Shown piece after piece: positions 1-10,092 of a stretch of 64,000 bases of DNA. This stretch comes from Escherichia coli (GTDB lineage Bacteria; Pseudomonadota; Gammaproteobacteria; Enterobacterales; Enterobacteriaceae). The DNA lies in the NCBI RefSeq assembly GCF_003991155.1, contig NZ_CP031293.1. One strand, 5' to 3'. The notes below the pieces were generated by a model that did not search any database, was not told the origin of the DNA, and saw nothing but the letters and a program-made list of their open reading frames with translations. The position numbers were made by a program, and so were the translations under genes. Position 1 is the stretch's first letter. Every line of letters begins with the position of its first letter.

Positions 1-1292
1 AGGTAAATATTAAAGTTCTCCATATCCATCACATTAGCGAACTGATAAGACGCATGAATGGTGTGAATGGTGTACGTCCCTTCATCATCAATCCAGCAGT
101 CGTTATCACAAACTACACCGCTGAATTCATCAATCTTATTGTGCGCGTAGATATAACCCAGCTCGAAACGTTTCCACAGCGCGTTAATCCCGGCAGTGAA
201 ATCTTTCTCATTATTAGCATCTAAATAGGCGGTATTAAGATTAACCACGACGCCATTTTCCGGATCCGTTTTCAGGCCATTCCAGGTCATGCTCATACCA
301 TAGCCGGTACGATCGGACTGATCGACAAAATTACCCTTGCTATCGGTATAACCATAAGCATTATTTACCACGTTCGCTTCCATCGCTGCGGAAACGGTGA
401 ATTCTTCTGTCGGCGACCAGGCAATTACCGGACGCAGATAAGCAACATTTTTCTGCTGCTCCATATCGCGTCCATGATAATTACCGTCATTATATAAAGA
501 TGTTCCGTCTTCAAGTAACGTGTTTAATTCAAAATACCAGTTATCAAGTTGTTTGCTGACGAGGAAATTACCGCCAGCGTTAGAACGCCCGCGGCCCTCT
601 TTCATCATATAGATATAACCGCTGCCATCGTCATAAAGATCGTTCGCAGTATTACCGGAATGTTCAACAAAGGTATCCTGATTCAGCGGGAACATATCGT
701 AGGCTTCAAAACGGCCTACTTTGACCTTCCAGTCGTTTTCTTTGCCAAAGAAGAAAACCGCATCATCGATATTTACTGAACCGTGCATATCCCCCAGCGG
801 TTGTGCGGAGAACCCGGCGAAATAGCCATTATCCAGTTTTCGCATACCATCAAAACCTAACAAAATACGACCATTGAGATTCCACTGTTCATTAGTGGGA
901 TCGCTATTCACATCAGCGTTGGTCATTGCCAGCAGGCCATGATTACTTTCCGCATCCATATTAAATTCTACGTCGCCGTAGATTTTTAAATCGCCATAAC
1001 CTGAGAGCAAAAGATTAGGTGAGGTGGAATTTTTCTTTGCAGATTCCGCCGTTGCCTGTCCATTTACCGGCGTATTGCCCTGGGCAGCCTTAATTTCGCG
1101 GATCTCAGCGGCTTGTTGTGTCTGCAGCTGTTTAACCTGGCTCTCTGCTTTTGCTGCCCGCATTTCTGCCGCTTCCAGGCGTTCTTCCAGCAATGCCATG
1201 CGTTGTTCCAGCGTTAAATGCTGTGTTTTTGCCATTCCGGTACTACATGCCAATAATAAACCGATGGCTAAAGATAATGTCGATTTTTTCAT
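1..1292 (-). CDS. Outer-membrane carbohydrate porin-like protein, 5' part only (runs off window start); signal peptide followed by an N-terminal coiled coil resembling the ScrY extension
   Basis: Minus-strand ATG at 1292..1290 with AGGGA Shine-Dalgarno upstream. Translation read by eye (MKKSTLSLAIGLLLACSTGMAKTQHLTLEQRMALLEERLEAAEMRAAK...) shows no stop before the window edge. Not in the ORF track because there is no in-window stop. Confidence 0.55.
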   Translation of the reverse strand, partial: MKKSTLSLAIGLLLACSTGMAKTQHLTLEQRMALLEERLEAAEMRAAKAESQVKQLQTQQAAEIREIKAAQGNTPVNGQATAESAKKNSTSPNLLLSGYGDLKIYGDVEFNMDAESNHGLLAMTNADVNSDPTNEQWNLNGRILLGFDGMRKLDNGYFAGFSAQPLGDMHGSVNIDDAVFFFGKENDWKVKVGRFEAYDMFPLNQDTFVEHSGNTANDLYDDGSGYIYMMKEGRGRSNAGGNFLVSKQLDNWYFELNTLLEDGTSLYNDGNYHGRDMEQQKNVAYLRPVIAWSPTEEFTVSAAMEANVVNNAYGYTDSKGNFVDQSDRTGYGMSMTWNGLKTDPENGVVVNLNTAYLDANNEKDFTAGINALWKRFELGYIYAHNKIDEFSGVVCDNDCWIDDEGTYTIHTIHASYQFANVMDMENFNIY

Positions 1293-1768
1293 TATTTACG
1301 TTCCCTGAAATAAAAGAGACCCTACGCTTTCCAAAAGGAATACGTATATAGAGAAATATAAGGTGTGCACTTTCGAATTTTTAATCCAACTTCAGCAGGC
1401 CGATGGATAGTATCCTGCTGCATAATATGAGTAAATCCGCTGATTTCCTGGAACGTGAGGAATATAACAATAGTGCCGTTTTTAACCAAATATCGTAAAA
1501 AATATTAGATATAATTCACGCTGACTCATAAGCCACAAATATAAATAACCTTGCTGCAAAACATGTGCGGCAGTTAAACATTCACAACATCATTAAATAA
1601 TGATTTTTTATTCACGGCATTTATTTTTCCCATCAATATGTGCCTTACACTGCAAAATTTATCCTTCACTCTGCCTTATATTGTCACGACTTCACGACAT
1701 ATCCGCGCTCATCACAAAACCGCCCCGCCGTTACAATTAACTATAATATTTTTTCATGGAATCCAATA

Positions 1769-2215
1769 ATGGCAGCACTTACTGCAAGCTGTATTGACCT
1801 GAATATTCAGGGCAATGGCGCTTATTCCGTTCTGAAGCAGTTGGCGACAATGGCGTTACAAAACGGTTTTATCACCGACTCACACCAGTTCCTGCAAACC
1901 CTGCTGCTGCGCGAAAAAATGCACTCCACGGGATTTGGTTCCGGTGTCGCCGTGCCGCACGGTAAAAGCGCCTGCGTTAAACAACCGTTCGTGTTATTCG
2001 CCCGCAAAACGCAGGCCATTGACTGGCAGGCCAGCGATGGCGAAGACGTCAATTGCTGGATCTGCCTCGGCGTGCCACAAAGTGGCGAAGAGGAACAGGT
2101 CAAAATCATCGGCACGCTGTGCCGCAAAATTATCCACCAGGATTTTATCGACCAACTGCGACAGGGCGACGCCGACCAGGTGCTTGCTTTGTTAAATCAA
2201 ACCCTCAGCTCATAA
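1769..2215 (+). CDS. frvA: PTS fructose-like EIIA component
   Basis: 148 aa from the internal ATG at 1769 of track ORF 1640..2215 (MAALTASCIDLN...); length and position match K-12 frvA at the head of frvABXR. Confidence 0.9.
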   Translation: MAALTASCIDLNIQGNGAYSVLKQLATMALQNGFITDSHQFLQTLLLREKMHSTGFGSGVAVPHGKSACVKQPFVLFARKTQAIDWQASDGEDVNCWICLGVPQSGEEEQVKIIGTLCRKIIHQDFIDQLRQGDADQVLALLNQTLSS

Positions 2216-2225
2216 GGACGTGGCG

Positions 2226-3677
2226 ATGGAGTCATCCTTACGTATTGTCGCGATCACCAACTGCCCCGCCGGGATCGCTCACACCTACATGGTGGCGGAA
2301 GCCCTGGAACAGAAAGCCCGTTCTCTCGGTCATACCATTAAAGTTGAAACTCAAGGATCCAACGGCGTCGAAAACCGCTTATCCAGCGAAGAGATTGCCG
2401 CTGCCGATTACGTGATTCTCGCTACCGGGCGTGGCCTGAGCGGTGATGATCGCGCGCGATTTGCCGGGAAAAAGGTTTATGAGATTGCCATCTCCCAGGC
2501 GCTGAAAAATATCGACCAGATTTTCAGTGAATTACCGACAAACTCACAACTTTTTGCCGCAGATAGCGGCGTGAAGCTCGGCAAGCAGGAAGTGCAAAGT
2601 GGCAGCGTAATGAGCCATCTGATGGCGGGTGTTTCTGCGGCGCTGCCGTTTGTCATCGGTGGCGGTATCCTGGTGGCGCTTGCCAACATGCTGGTGCAGT
2701 TCGGTTTGCCGTATACCGATATGTCGAAAGGTGCGCCGTCGTTTACCTGGGTGGTTGAATCCATCGGTTATCTCGGCTTCACCTTTATGATCCCCATCAT
2801 GGGCGCTTATATTGCCTCGTCGATTGCCGATAAACCCGCTTTCGCTCCGGCGTTTCTGGTTTGCTATCTGGCGAATGACAAAGCCCTGCTCGGCACCCAG
2901 TCTGGCGCGGGCTTCCTCGGCGCGGTGGTGCTGGGGCTGGCGATTGGCTATTTCGTCTTCTGGTTCCGTAAAGTGCGCCTTGGCAAAGCATTACAACCGC
3001 TGCTCGGTTCCATGCTGATCCCGTTCGTCACTCTGCTGGTTTTCGGCGTACTGACTTACTACGTTATCGGACCGGTGATGTCCGACCTCATGGGCGGGTT
3101 GCTGCACTTCCTGAACACCATTCCTCCGTCAATGAAGTTTGCGGCAGCGTTTTTGGTCGGTGCGATGCTGGCGTTCGATATGGGCGGCCCTATCAATAAA
3201 ACCGCCTGGTTCTTCTGCTTCTCACTGCTGGAAAAACACATTTACGACTGGTACGCCATCGTCGGCGTTGTCGCGCTGATGCCGCCCGTCGCGGCGGGTC
3301 TTGCGACGTTCATTGCGCCCAAACTGTTTACCCGACAGGAAAAAGAGGCTGCCAGTAGTGCCATTGTGGTCGGTGCCACGGTCGCGACCGAACCGGCTAT
3401 TCCTTACGCTCTGGCGGCACCACTGCCAATGATCACCGCCAATACGCTGGCGGGCGGCATTACCGGCGTGCTGGTGATCGCTTTCGGAATCAAACGACTG
3501 GCACCTGGTTTGGGTATCTTTGACCCGCTGATCGGCCTGATGTCACCGGTAGGTTCGTTTTATCTGGTGCTGGCGATTGGCCTCGCGCTGAACATTTCAT
3601 TCATTATCGTCCTGAAAGGATTATGGTTACGCCGCAAAGCCAAAGCTGCGCAACAGGAGCTTGTCCATGAACATTGA
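2226..3677 (+). CDS. frvB: PTS fructose-like EIIBC component
   Basis: Track ORF 2220..3677 (GTG start); ATG at 2226 gives 483 aa. EIIB domain followed by multi-TM EIIC, immediately after frvA. Confidence 0.9.
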   Translation: MESSLRIVAITNCPAGIAHTYMVAEALEQKARSLGHTIKVETQGSNGVENRLSSEEIAAADYVILATGRGLSGDDRARFAGKKVYEIAISQALKNIDQIFSELPTNSQLFAADSGVKLGKQEVQSGSVMSHLMAGVSAALPFVIGGGILVALANMLVQFGLPYTDMSKGAPSFTWVVESIGYLGFTFMIPIMGAYIASSIADKPAFAPAFLVCYLANDKALLGTQSGAGFLGAVVLGLAIGYFVFWFRKVRLGKALQPLLGSMLIPFVTLLVFGVLTYYVIGPVMSDLMGGLLHFLNTIPPSMKFAAAFLVGAMLAFDMGGPINKTAWFFCFSLLEKHIYDWYAIVGVVALMPPVAAGLATFIAPKLFTRQEKEAASSAIVVGATVATEPAIPYALAAPLPMITANTLAGGITGVLVIAFGIKRLAPGLGIFDPLIGLMSPVGSFYLVLAIGLALNISFIIVLKGLWLRRKAKAAQQELVHEH

Positions 3678-4737
3678 GTTACTGCAACAGTTGTGCGAAG
3701 CCAGCGCCGTCAGCGGCGATGAACAGGAAGTTCGCGACATTCTGATAAACACGCTGGAACCCTGCGTGAATGAGATCACCTTCGATGGTCTGGGCAGCTT
3801 TGTTACCCGTAAGGGGAATAAAGGGCCGAAAGTTGCCGTTGTCGGGCATATGGATGAAGTCGGCTTTATGGTCACCCACATCGACGAGAGCGGTTTTCTG
3901 CGTTTTACCACCATTGGCGGCTGGTGGAATCAGTCGATGCTCAATCACCGGGTAACCATACGCACACACAAGGGAGTGAAAATCCCTGGTGTAATTGGCT
4001 CCGTCGCCCCACATGCGTTAACCGAAAAGCAAAAGCAACAACCGCTGTCATTTGATGAAATGTTCATTGATATTGGCGCGAACAGTCGCGAAGAGGTGGA
4101 AAAACGCGGCGTGGAAATTGGCGATTTTATTAGCCCGGAAGCCAATTTTGCCTGCTGGGGCGAAGATAAAGTGGTCGGCAAGGCGCTGGATAACCGCATC
4201 GGCTGCGCAATGATGGTCGAGCTACTACAGACAGTAAATAACCCCGAAATTACGCTTTATGGCGTTGGCAGTGTGGAAGAAGAAGTTGGGCTACGCGGGG
4301 CACAAACCTCGGCTGAACACATTAAACCGGATGTGGTGATCGTGCTGGATACCGCTGTCGCGGGCGATGTTCCAGGCATTGATAACATTAAATATCCGCT
4401 GAAACTGGGCCAGGGGCCGGGGCTGATGCTGTTTGACAAGCGCTACTTCCCCAACCAGAAACTGGTAGCTGCGTTAAAAAACTGTGCCGCACATAACGAT
4501 TTACCGCTGCAATGTTCCACCATGAAAACCGGAGCGACGGATGGCGGGCGCTACAACGTGATGGGCGGCGGGCGTCCAGTTGTCGCGCTGTGTCTGCCAA
4601 CGCGTTATCTGCACGCCAATAGCGGTATGATTTCAAAAGCCGATTACGATGCTCTGCTCACGTTGATAAGGGATTTTCTGACCACCTTAACCGCGGAGAA
4701 AGTCAACGCGTTTAGCCAGTTCCGTCAGGTGAGCTAA
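3667..4737 (+). CDS. frvX: M42-family aminopeptidase/endoglucanase-like protein
   Basis: Track ORF 3661..4737; overlaps the frvB stop; about 356 aa; third gene of the frv operon. Confidence 0.88.
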   Translation: MNIELLQQLCEASAVSGDEQEVRDILINTLEPCVNEITFDGLGSFVTRKGNKGPKVAVVGHMDEVGFMVTHIDESGFLRFTTIGGWWNQSMLNHRVTIRTHKGVKIPGVIGSVAPHALTEKQKQQPLSFDEMFIDIGANSREEVEKRGVEIGDFISPEANFACWGEDKVVGKALDNRIGCAMMVELLQTVNNPEITLYGVGSVEEEVGLRGAQTSAEHIKPDVVIVLDTAVAGDVPGIDNIKYPLKLGQGPGLMLFDKRYFPNQKLVAALKNCAAHNDLPLQCSTMKTGATDGGRYNVMGGGRPVVALCLPTRYLHANSGMISKADYDALLTLIRDFLTTLTAEKVNAFSQFRQVS

Positions 4738-6485
4738 TGCTAAACGAACGCCAGTTAAAGATTGTCGATCTGCTGGAGCAACAGCCGCGCACGCCTGGCG
4801 AGCTGGCGCAACAGACTGGCGTTTCCGGCAGGACCATCCTGCGTGATATTGACTATCTCAACTTTACCCTCAACGGCAAAGCCCGCATCACTACCAGCGG
4901 CAGCGCGGGCTACCAACTGGAAATTTTTGAGCGTCGCAGCTTTTTTCAGTTGCTGCAAAAGCACGATAACGACGATCGGCTGCTGGCGCTGTTATTACTG
5001 AATACTTTCACTCCCCGTGCGCAACTCGCCTCGACGCTTAATTTGCCAGAAACGTGGGTAGCAGAGCGCCTGCCCCGCCTGAAACAGCGCTATGAACGCG
5101 GTTTTTGTCTCGCTAGTCGCCCTGGTTTGGGCCATTTCATTGATGAGACAGAAGAGAAACGCATTATTTTGCTGGCGAATCTTTTACGCAAAGATCCGTT
5201 TTTAATTCCGCTGTCGGGCGTAACACGAGACAATTTTCAACAATTAACCACCGCCTGCGAAAAGCAACGTCGCTGGCCGCTGATGCAAAGCGACTATCTC
5301 TCAAGCCTGATTCTGGCTATTTACGCGTTGCGTAATCAGCTTACTGACACATGGCCTGAATATCCCGGTGACGAGATAAAACAAATCGTTGAACAAAGCG
5401 GCATGTTTCTTGGTGATAACGCTGTAAGAACCCTGACAGGTTTGATAGAGAAACAGCATCAGCAAGCACAGGTAATTTCTGCCGATAATGTGCAGGGGTT
5501 GCTGCAAAGGGTGCCGGGCATCGCGTCATTGAATATTATTGATACGCAGCTGGTTGAGAATATTACCGGGCATTTATTACGTTGCCTTGCCGCACCAGTA
5601 TGGATTGCTGAGCACCGCCAAAGCAGCATGAATAACCTGAAAGTCGCCTGGCCTGCGGCCTTTGATATGAGTCTGCACTTTATTACGCTACTGCGTGAAC
5701 AGCTCGATATTCCCCTTTTCGACAGCGATCTGATCGGCTTGTATTTTGCCTGTGCGCTGGAGCGGCATCAAAACGAACGCCAGCCGATCATTTTGCTCTC
5801 TGATCAGAACGCGATTGCTACTATTAATCAGCTCGCCATTGAGCGCGATGTCCTGAATTGTCGGGTGATTATTGCCCGCAGCGTAAGCGAACTGGTTGCC
5901 ATTCGCGAAGAGATTGAGCCGTTATTGATCATTAATAACAGCCATTATTTACTGGATGACGCGGTCAATAATTGCATCATCGTAAAAAATATCATTACGG
6001 CTGCCGGTATCGAACAAATAAAACATTTTCTGGCGACGGCATTTATTCGCCAGCAACCGGAGCGTTTTTTCTCTGCCCCCGGAAGTTTTCATTATTCGAA
6101 TGTACGCGGTGAAAGCTGGCAACATATTACCCGGCAAATTTGTGCTCAATTAGTCGCACAACACCATATTACCGTCGATGAAGCGCAACGGATCATCGCC
6201 CGCGAAGGCGAAGGTGAAAACCTGATTGTTAATCGCCTCGCCATCCCACATTGCTGGAGCGAACAGGAGCGACGTTTTCGTGGATTTTTTATTACCCTCG
6301 CCCAATCAGTTGAGGTGAATAACGAAGTCATTAACCATGTTTTGATCGCCTGCGCCGCCGCCGATGCGCGTCATGAGCTAAAAATATTTAGCTATCTTGC
6401 CAGCGTATTGTGTCAGCATCCGGCAGAGGTTATTGCCGGGTTAACAGGATATGAGGCATTTATGGAGTTACTTCACAAGGGGTGA
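4737..6485 (+). CDS. frvR: Transcriptional regulator of the frv operon (HTH plus PTS regulatory domains)
   Basis: 582-aa ORF, start overlaps the frvX stop (ATGA-type overlap); N-terminal HTH-like segment. Confidence 0.88.
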   Translation: MLNERQLKIVDLLEQQPRTPGELAQQTGVSGRTILRDIDYLNFTLNGKARITTSGSAGYQLEIFERRSFFQLLQKHDNDDRLLALLLLNTFTPRAQLASTLNLPETWVAERLPRLKQRYERGFCLASRPGLGHFIDETEEKRIILLANLLRKDPFLIPLSGVTRDNFQQLTTACEKQRRWPLMQSDYLSSLILAIYALRNQLTDTWPEYPGDEIKQIVEQSGMFLGDNAVRTLTGLIEKQHQQAQVISADNVQGLLQRVPGIASLNIIDTQLVENITGHLLRCLAAPVWIAEHRQSSMNNLKVAWPAAFDMSLHFITLLREQLDIPLFDSDLIGLYFACALERHQNERQPIILLSDQNAIATINQLAIERDVLNCRVIIARSVSELVAIREEIEPLLIINNSHYLLDDAVNNCIIVKNIITAAGIEQIKHFLATAFIRQQPERFFSAPGSFHYSNVRGESWQHITRQICAQLVAQHHITVDEAQRIIAREGEGENLIVNRLAIPHCWSEQERRFRGFFITLAQSVEVNNEVINHVLIACAAADARHELKIFSYLASVLCQHPAEVIAGLTGYEAFMELLHKG

Positions 6486-6487
6486 AC

Positions 6488-6513
6488 TGTGTCGGATGCG
6501 CCGCATCCGACAC
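6488..6513. terminator. GC-rich palindromic hairpin between convergent frvR and yiiG (bidirectional terminator or REP-like)
   Basis: tgtgtcggatgcg/ccgcatccgacac perfect inverted repeat directly after the frvR stop. Confidence 0.5.
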
Positions 6514-6534
6514 TGCATTTATCATCAAAAACGT

Positions 6535-7590
6535 TTAACGCAGGCGATTATAATCATCGACCATTTCGTTGTACTCGCGTAATGCTCTCGGGAAAGAGTC
6601 TTCGACCATCCAGCTTGAGTTTGCGTCCTGAAGTTGCTCTTTATCCCAGTCAGAGTACGGGACTTTATCTCTGATGCGGCGAACGTATTTTTTAGCCTCG
6701 AGTTGATACTGGCCTGCCGAATTAATAAACGAGAAATTCATGCCGCCTTTATCCGCTTCTTTGGCCTGCGCCACCAGCGTTTCCAGTTCAGAGACTTTCT
6801 TCATTGCCGCATCAACATCAAACTTCTCTTGCGAAATCAGGTTATTAATTTGTTTCGCTGAAATCATGACTGCCAGAGAGTAGTAGTGGAATGTTTTCCC
6901 TTCTCTTTCTTCAATATTTTTCAATTCCGCAAGCTGACGCTTATCATTAATTTCCTGGATCGCCGCATGATAAGATTCGGCTACAGGTTCAAAGGCTTCC
7001 AGATTTTTTAAGAATGTCTGGTGCAGCGTTTTCCCTTTCGCAAAAGCATCGTCTTTATAATTTTCCTGGGTGTAATATTTATCCATTTCGTTAATGGTAT
7101 TACCCAACGCCACGGCAGCATCGATATAACTCACCGCTACGCCATCAATAGGTTGCAGCGCAGGCGTTAACGCCACAGCACTTTTTACGCCTTTTTCACA
7201 CTCAGCGAGGCTGGATTCACTAATGCCGTAGATGCCATAAACAGTACTCTCTTTACCGGTAGGCCCCTGTTTAAAATCTTTCAGCCAGTCAGCATAACGC
7301 GCCAGACTGCGCTGTACCGGGATCTGTAACTTGTTGTAGCACTTGATATAGACATCCATTTTTTCGTCGAAAACCGCTTGTTCATCGACCACCGGTTGGG
7401 CAGGCGTTTCAGGTTTAACTTCTGCTTTTGCAACGGGAGCTTCAGCAGGTTTCGCTTCAGGAGCTGGTGCGGCAGGTTGACTATTGGCAGGCGGGGGCGT
7501 TTCTGTTTCGGCTTTTTTATCATCACAACCCGTGAGACCGAGGGCCATGATGGCGACTATAATAGCGGAAGATAATAAATTCCTTTTCAT
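6535..7590 (-). CDS. yiiG: Lipoprotein of unknown function (DUF3829-like), Pro/Ala/Glu-rich linker after lipobox
   Basis: 351-aa ORF; signal peptide with LTGC lipobox (MKRNLLSSAIIVAIMALGLTGCDD); length matches K-12 yiiG. Confidence 0.85.
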   Translation of the reverse strand: MKRNLLSSAIIVAIMALGLTGCDDKKAETETPPPANSQPAAPAPEAKPAEAPVAKAEVKPETPAQPVVDEQAVFDEKMDVYIKCYNKLQIPVQRSLARYADWLKDFKQGPTGKESTVYGIYGISESSLAECEKGVKSAVALTPALQPIDGVAVSYIDAAVALGNTINEMDKYYTQENYKDDAFAKGKTLHQTFLKNLEAFEPVAESYHAAIQEINDKRQLAELKNIEEREGKTFHYYSLAVMISAKQINNLISQEKFDVDAAMKKVSELETLVAQAKEADKGGMNFSFINSAGQYQLEAKKYVRRIRDKVPYSDWDKEQLQDANSSWMVEDSFPRALREYNEMVDDYNRLR

Positions 7591-7784
7591 TTAATTGCCT
7601 TATAAATATTTAGATAAGAGAGATAATATTTTAAATGAAAAAATGATCCGTCACTATACACATTTTGCTTATAAACAAACCGAAATCATTCACACTCCGA
7701 ATAATTCCTGCGACTTAAAATATAAATCGCAGGAAGCGATTTTAATTACCCGCTCTACCACTGGCGCAGGATATAAACTCTCAC

Positions 7785-10091
7785 CTACATTCCATAACGT
7801 TCAGAAATAGCAGCATGCTTCTCTTCATTCGCCCCGGCTTCTTTGGCAAGACGCCACCAGCACAACGGATGTTCCCAGTCAGCGGTCAATTCGTGCAAGG
7901 TCTTATCGATATCACCTTTAGAAACTGAACGCGGCGCGCTGATAACAAAGTAGAACGCGGGCAGCGGCTGTGCATCTTCTCCCTGCTGGCTGTCCGTTAA
8001 CGTATAGTCCTCGTTACTGTTGCTCCAGTAGTACCAGTTTCGTTCACGGAGCGCCTCACGGAAGGCATTAAACTGTTCTTCACCAGGCATGACACCTTCG
8101 CAGAACCAGGACTCGCCGTACTCAGTCGGGATAATGGTTTGCAGGCAGGCATAAAGTGGCGTGAAATTCTTCCGTTCTTCCTCATCCTCTGGTTGGGTGT
8201 TCAATATTTCCGCATCGAATACCACAACTTCATCAACATGTTGCGGATAATCGGTCCGGTAAGTTGGCTCAATGATCCTTGCTGTTACCGGCCCAATACG
8301 TTGAGCATAGTAATAGCGGTATTCATAATTTTCCCGGAAGCGAATGTTTAGCAGTCCCCATTTTTCGTCGATAAAACCTTCACCTTCCGTAAGTTCGATT
8401 TCCAGTTCAGCTGCAATAGCACGAACCAATTCCCATTGTTGCAGGATGCTGGCGGTCGCCATGATATCCCACTGGATATTACGAATATCTTCTTCACGGC
8501 TAATCATCAGTTGCTGCAATTGTTGTAAATAATCCAGCTGTCGATCCCAGGCTTCCTGTTTTTGTGCTGCCCAGGAGCACATGCGATAAACGCCGATCCA
8601 CTCACGCCCTTTTTCGTTTTGCAGCAACTGGTGCCCAATCGACTCGAGTTCACTCCAGTCTTCCTGTTGGTTGATCACTCGCGCACGGAACCACAAGGCC
8701 ATATGTAGCAGCCCCGCCTGTTCATACTGCTTCGCCAGGTGCTCAATGGTTTGCAGATCGTCACGGTGGAGCAATAAATCCAACAGATCGAAGCAAAGAC
8801 CATTATCTTCCTGGATGTGGCTTTCGACGTAGCGTTGCAGAAGTTCAATCGACTCATCAATCGCATTACAGGCGTTTAACGCATTGACCAGTTTGCCCAG
8901 CAATTCCGCATCATCTGGCGCGTTCAGGTAAGCGCGGCGGAATGTTTCGACGTCTTTTTCTGGATCTGGCTGCGTTTCTTCATCGCTATTTTCAGGTATT
9001 TCTACAACCGGACGAGCAAGCAACTCTGCTTCTTTGGCGGCGATTTTTTCACTCAGTTCGAGAAACTCACGATCAACCCCCAGTAACACGCGTAATTTTG
9101 GCATGTGTCGCTGGGCCAGTTTCATCGCTATTTTGGCAACCCAGACGGATTCACGCTCCAGCGCCAGGGTAATTTGCAGTTTCGCCAGATCAACCACTTT
9201 GCGGTGCGCTCCGGCCTGCGAGCGGTGCTCCAGTATTTTTTGGATGATGCGCGCCAGTTGCCAGTTGTTTCTTTGTGGATGACGGGGAAGTAACACAGTA
9301 ATGATTTTCAGCCATGACCCCCATGAATGGGGAGTCAGATCTGACCAACGCGGTAATTCCTCCCAGACTTCTTCGTCCTGCCCGCATAACGCCATGATGT
9401 ACAGTTTTTTGAGGTGATTACTAATGCGGTCGCGGCCCCAGTAATCATTGGCTTCTGTCAGCTCATCAATCAGTATGCGTGCTTCATCATAACGCTGAAG
9501 TTCAATCAGAATATCGGCACGAGTATAAAGTAATGCATCAATATCATCTTCCCCGGCTGCTTTAACTGCGTCGATTTGTCGATCCAGATAAGCCAGTGCC
9601 TCCTCTATTCTTTTGGAATCTATCAGTGCACTGGCATATTCAGTGGACAAACACTGAAAACAGCTCCAGGTCGGATCAATCCGCGCGATGGTTTCTTCAC
9701 ATACCGCCATACGTTCATTCGCCCAGCCAGGTGCATCAATATTTTCGTAGCAGGCGGATAAATCCTGGGTAACGCAGATAGATTGTGGGCAATCTTTTGT
9801 CTCTTCCCGGTGCGCTTTTTCAAACAGCGCTACCACGTCTGGCAGCACCTTTTCACCTTCTTCATAGTTAGTCAGGCGATGACGCATTTCCCAGTGACCA
9901 ATAAATATTTCCAGCCACGGATTTTTTGCCACCTGGGTAAGTGCTTTTACTTCAGGTAACAGCGAATCGCACTTTTCCATTTGCAGGTGCATAACGCCTT
10001 CCGAATAATCATCGATAAGTTGCGGAATATACTCCTGCCCGGCATCGCGTAACTCCTTAGTATATTTGTGATACCACTCCCATATATCCAT
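7785..10091 (-). CDS. 768-aa alpha-helical, acidic, Trp-rich protein of unknown function; downstream partner of the HtpG paralog
   Basis: Long ORF with E. coli-like composition; its ATG (10091..10089) lies 1 nt after the upstream gene's TAA (10095..10093), indicating translational coupling. No motif recognised by eye. Confidence 0.75.
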   Translation of the reverse strand: MDIWEWYHKYTKELRDAGQEYIPQLIDDYSEGVMHLQMEKCDSLLPEVKALTQVAKNPWLEIFIGHWEMRHRLTNYEEGEKVLPDVVALFEKAHREETKDCPQSICVTQDLSACYENIDAPGWANERMAVCEETIARIDPTWSCFQCLSTEYASALIDSKRIEEALAYLDRQIDAVKAAGEDDIDALLYTRADILIELQRYDEARILIDELTEANDYWGRDRISNHLKKLYIMALCGQDEEVWEELPRWSDLTPHSWGSWLKIITVLLPRHPQRNNWQLARIIQKILEHRSQAGAHRKVVDLAKLQITLALERESVWVAKIAMKLAQRHMPKLRVLLGVDREFLELSEKIAAKEAELLARPVVEIPENSDEETQPDPEKDVETFRRAYLNAPDDAELLGKLVNALNACNAIDESIELLQRYVESHIQEDNGLCFDLLDLLLHRDDLQTIEHLAKQYEQAGLLHMALWFRARVINQQEDWSELESIGHQLLQNEKGREWIGVYRMCSWAAQKQEAWDRQLDYLQQLQQLMISREEDIRNIQWDIMATASILQQWELVRAIAAELEIELTEGEGFIDEKWGLLNIRFRENYEYRYYYAQRIGPVTARIIEPTYRTDYPQHVDEVVVFDAEILNTQPEDEEERKNFTPLYACLQTIIPTEYGESWFCEGVMPGEEQFNAFREALRERNWYYWSNSNEDYTLTDSQQGEDAQPLPAFYFVISAPRSVSKGDIDKTLHELTADWEHPLCWWRLAKEAGANEEKHAAISERYGM

Positions 10092-10092
10092 T

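Noticed and set aside
1024-1351. Plus-strand ORFs 1024..1308 and 1151..1351
   Set aside because: Overlap the 5' end of the minus-strand porin gene, which has a proper start, Shine-Dalgarno and signal peptide; these are Cys/Ala-rich antisense artefacts.
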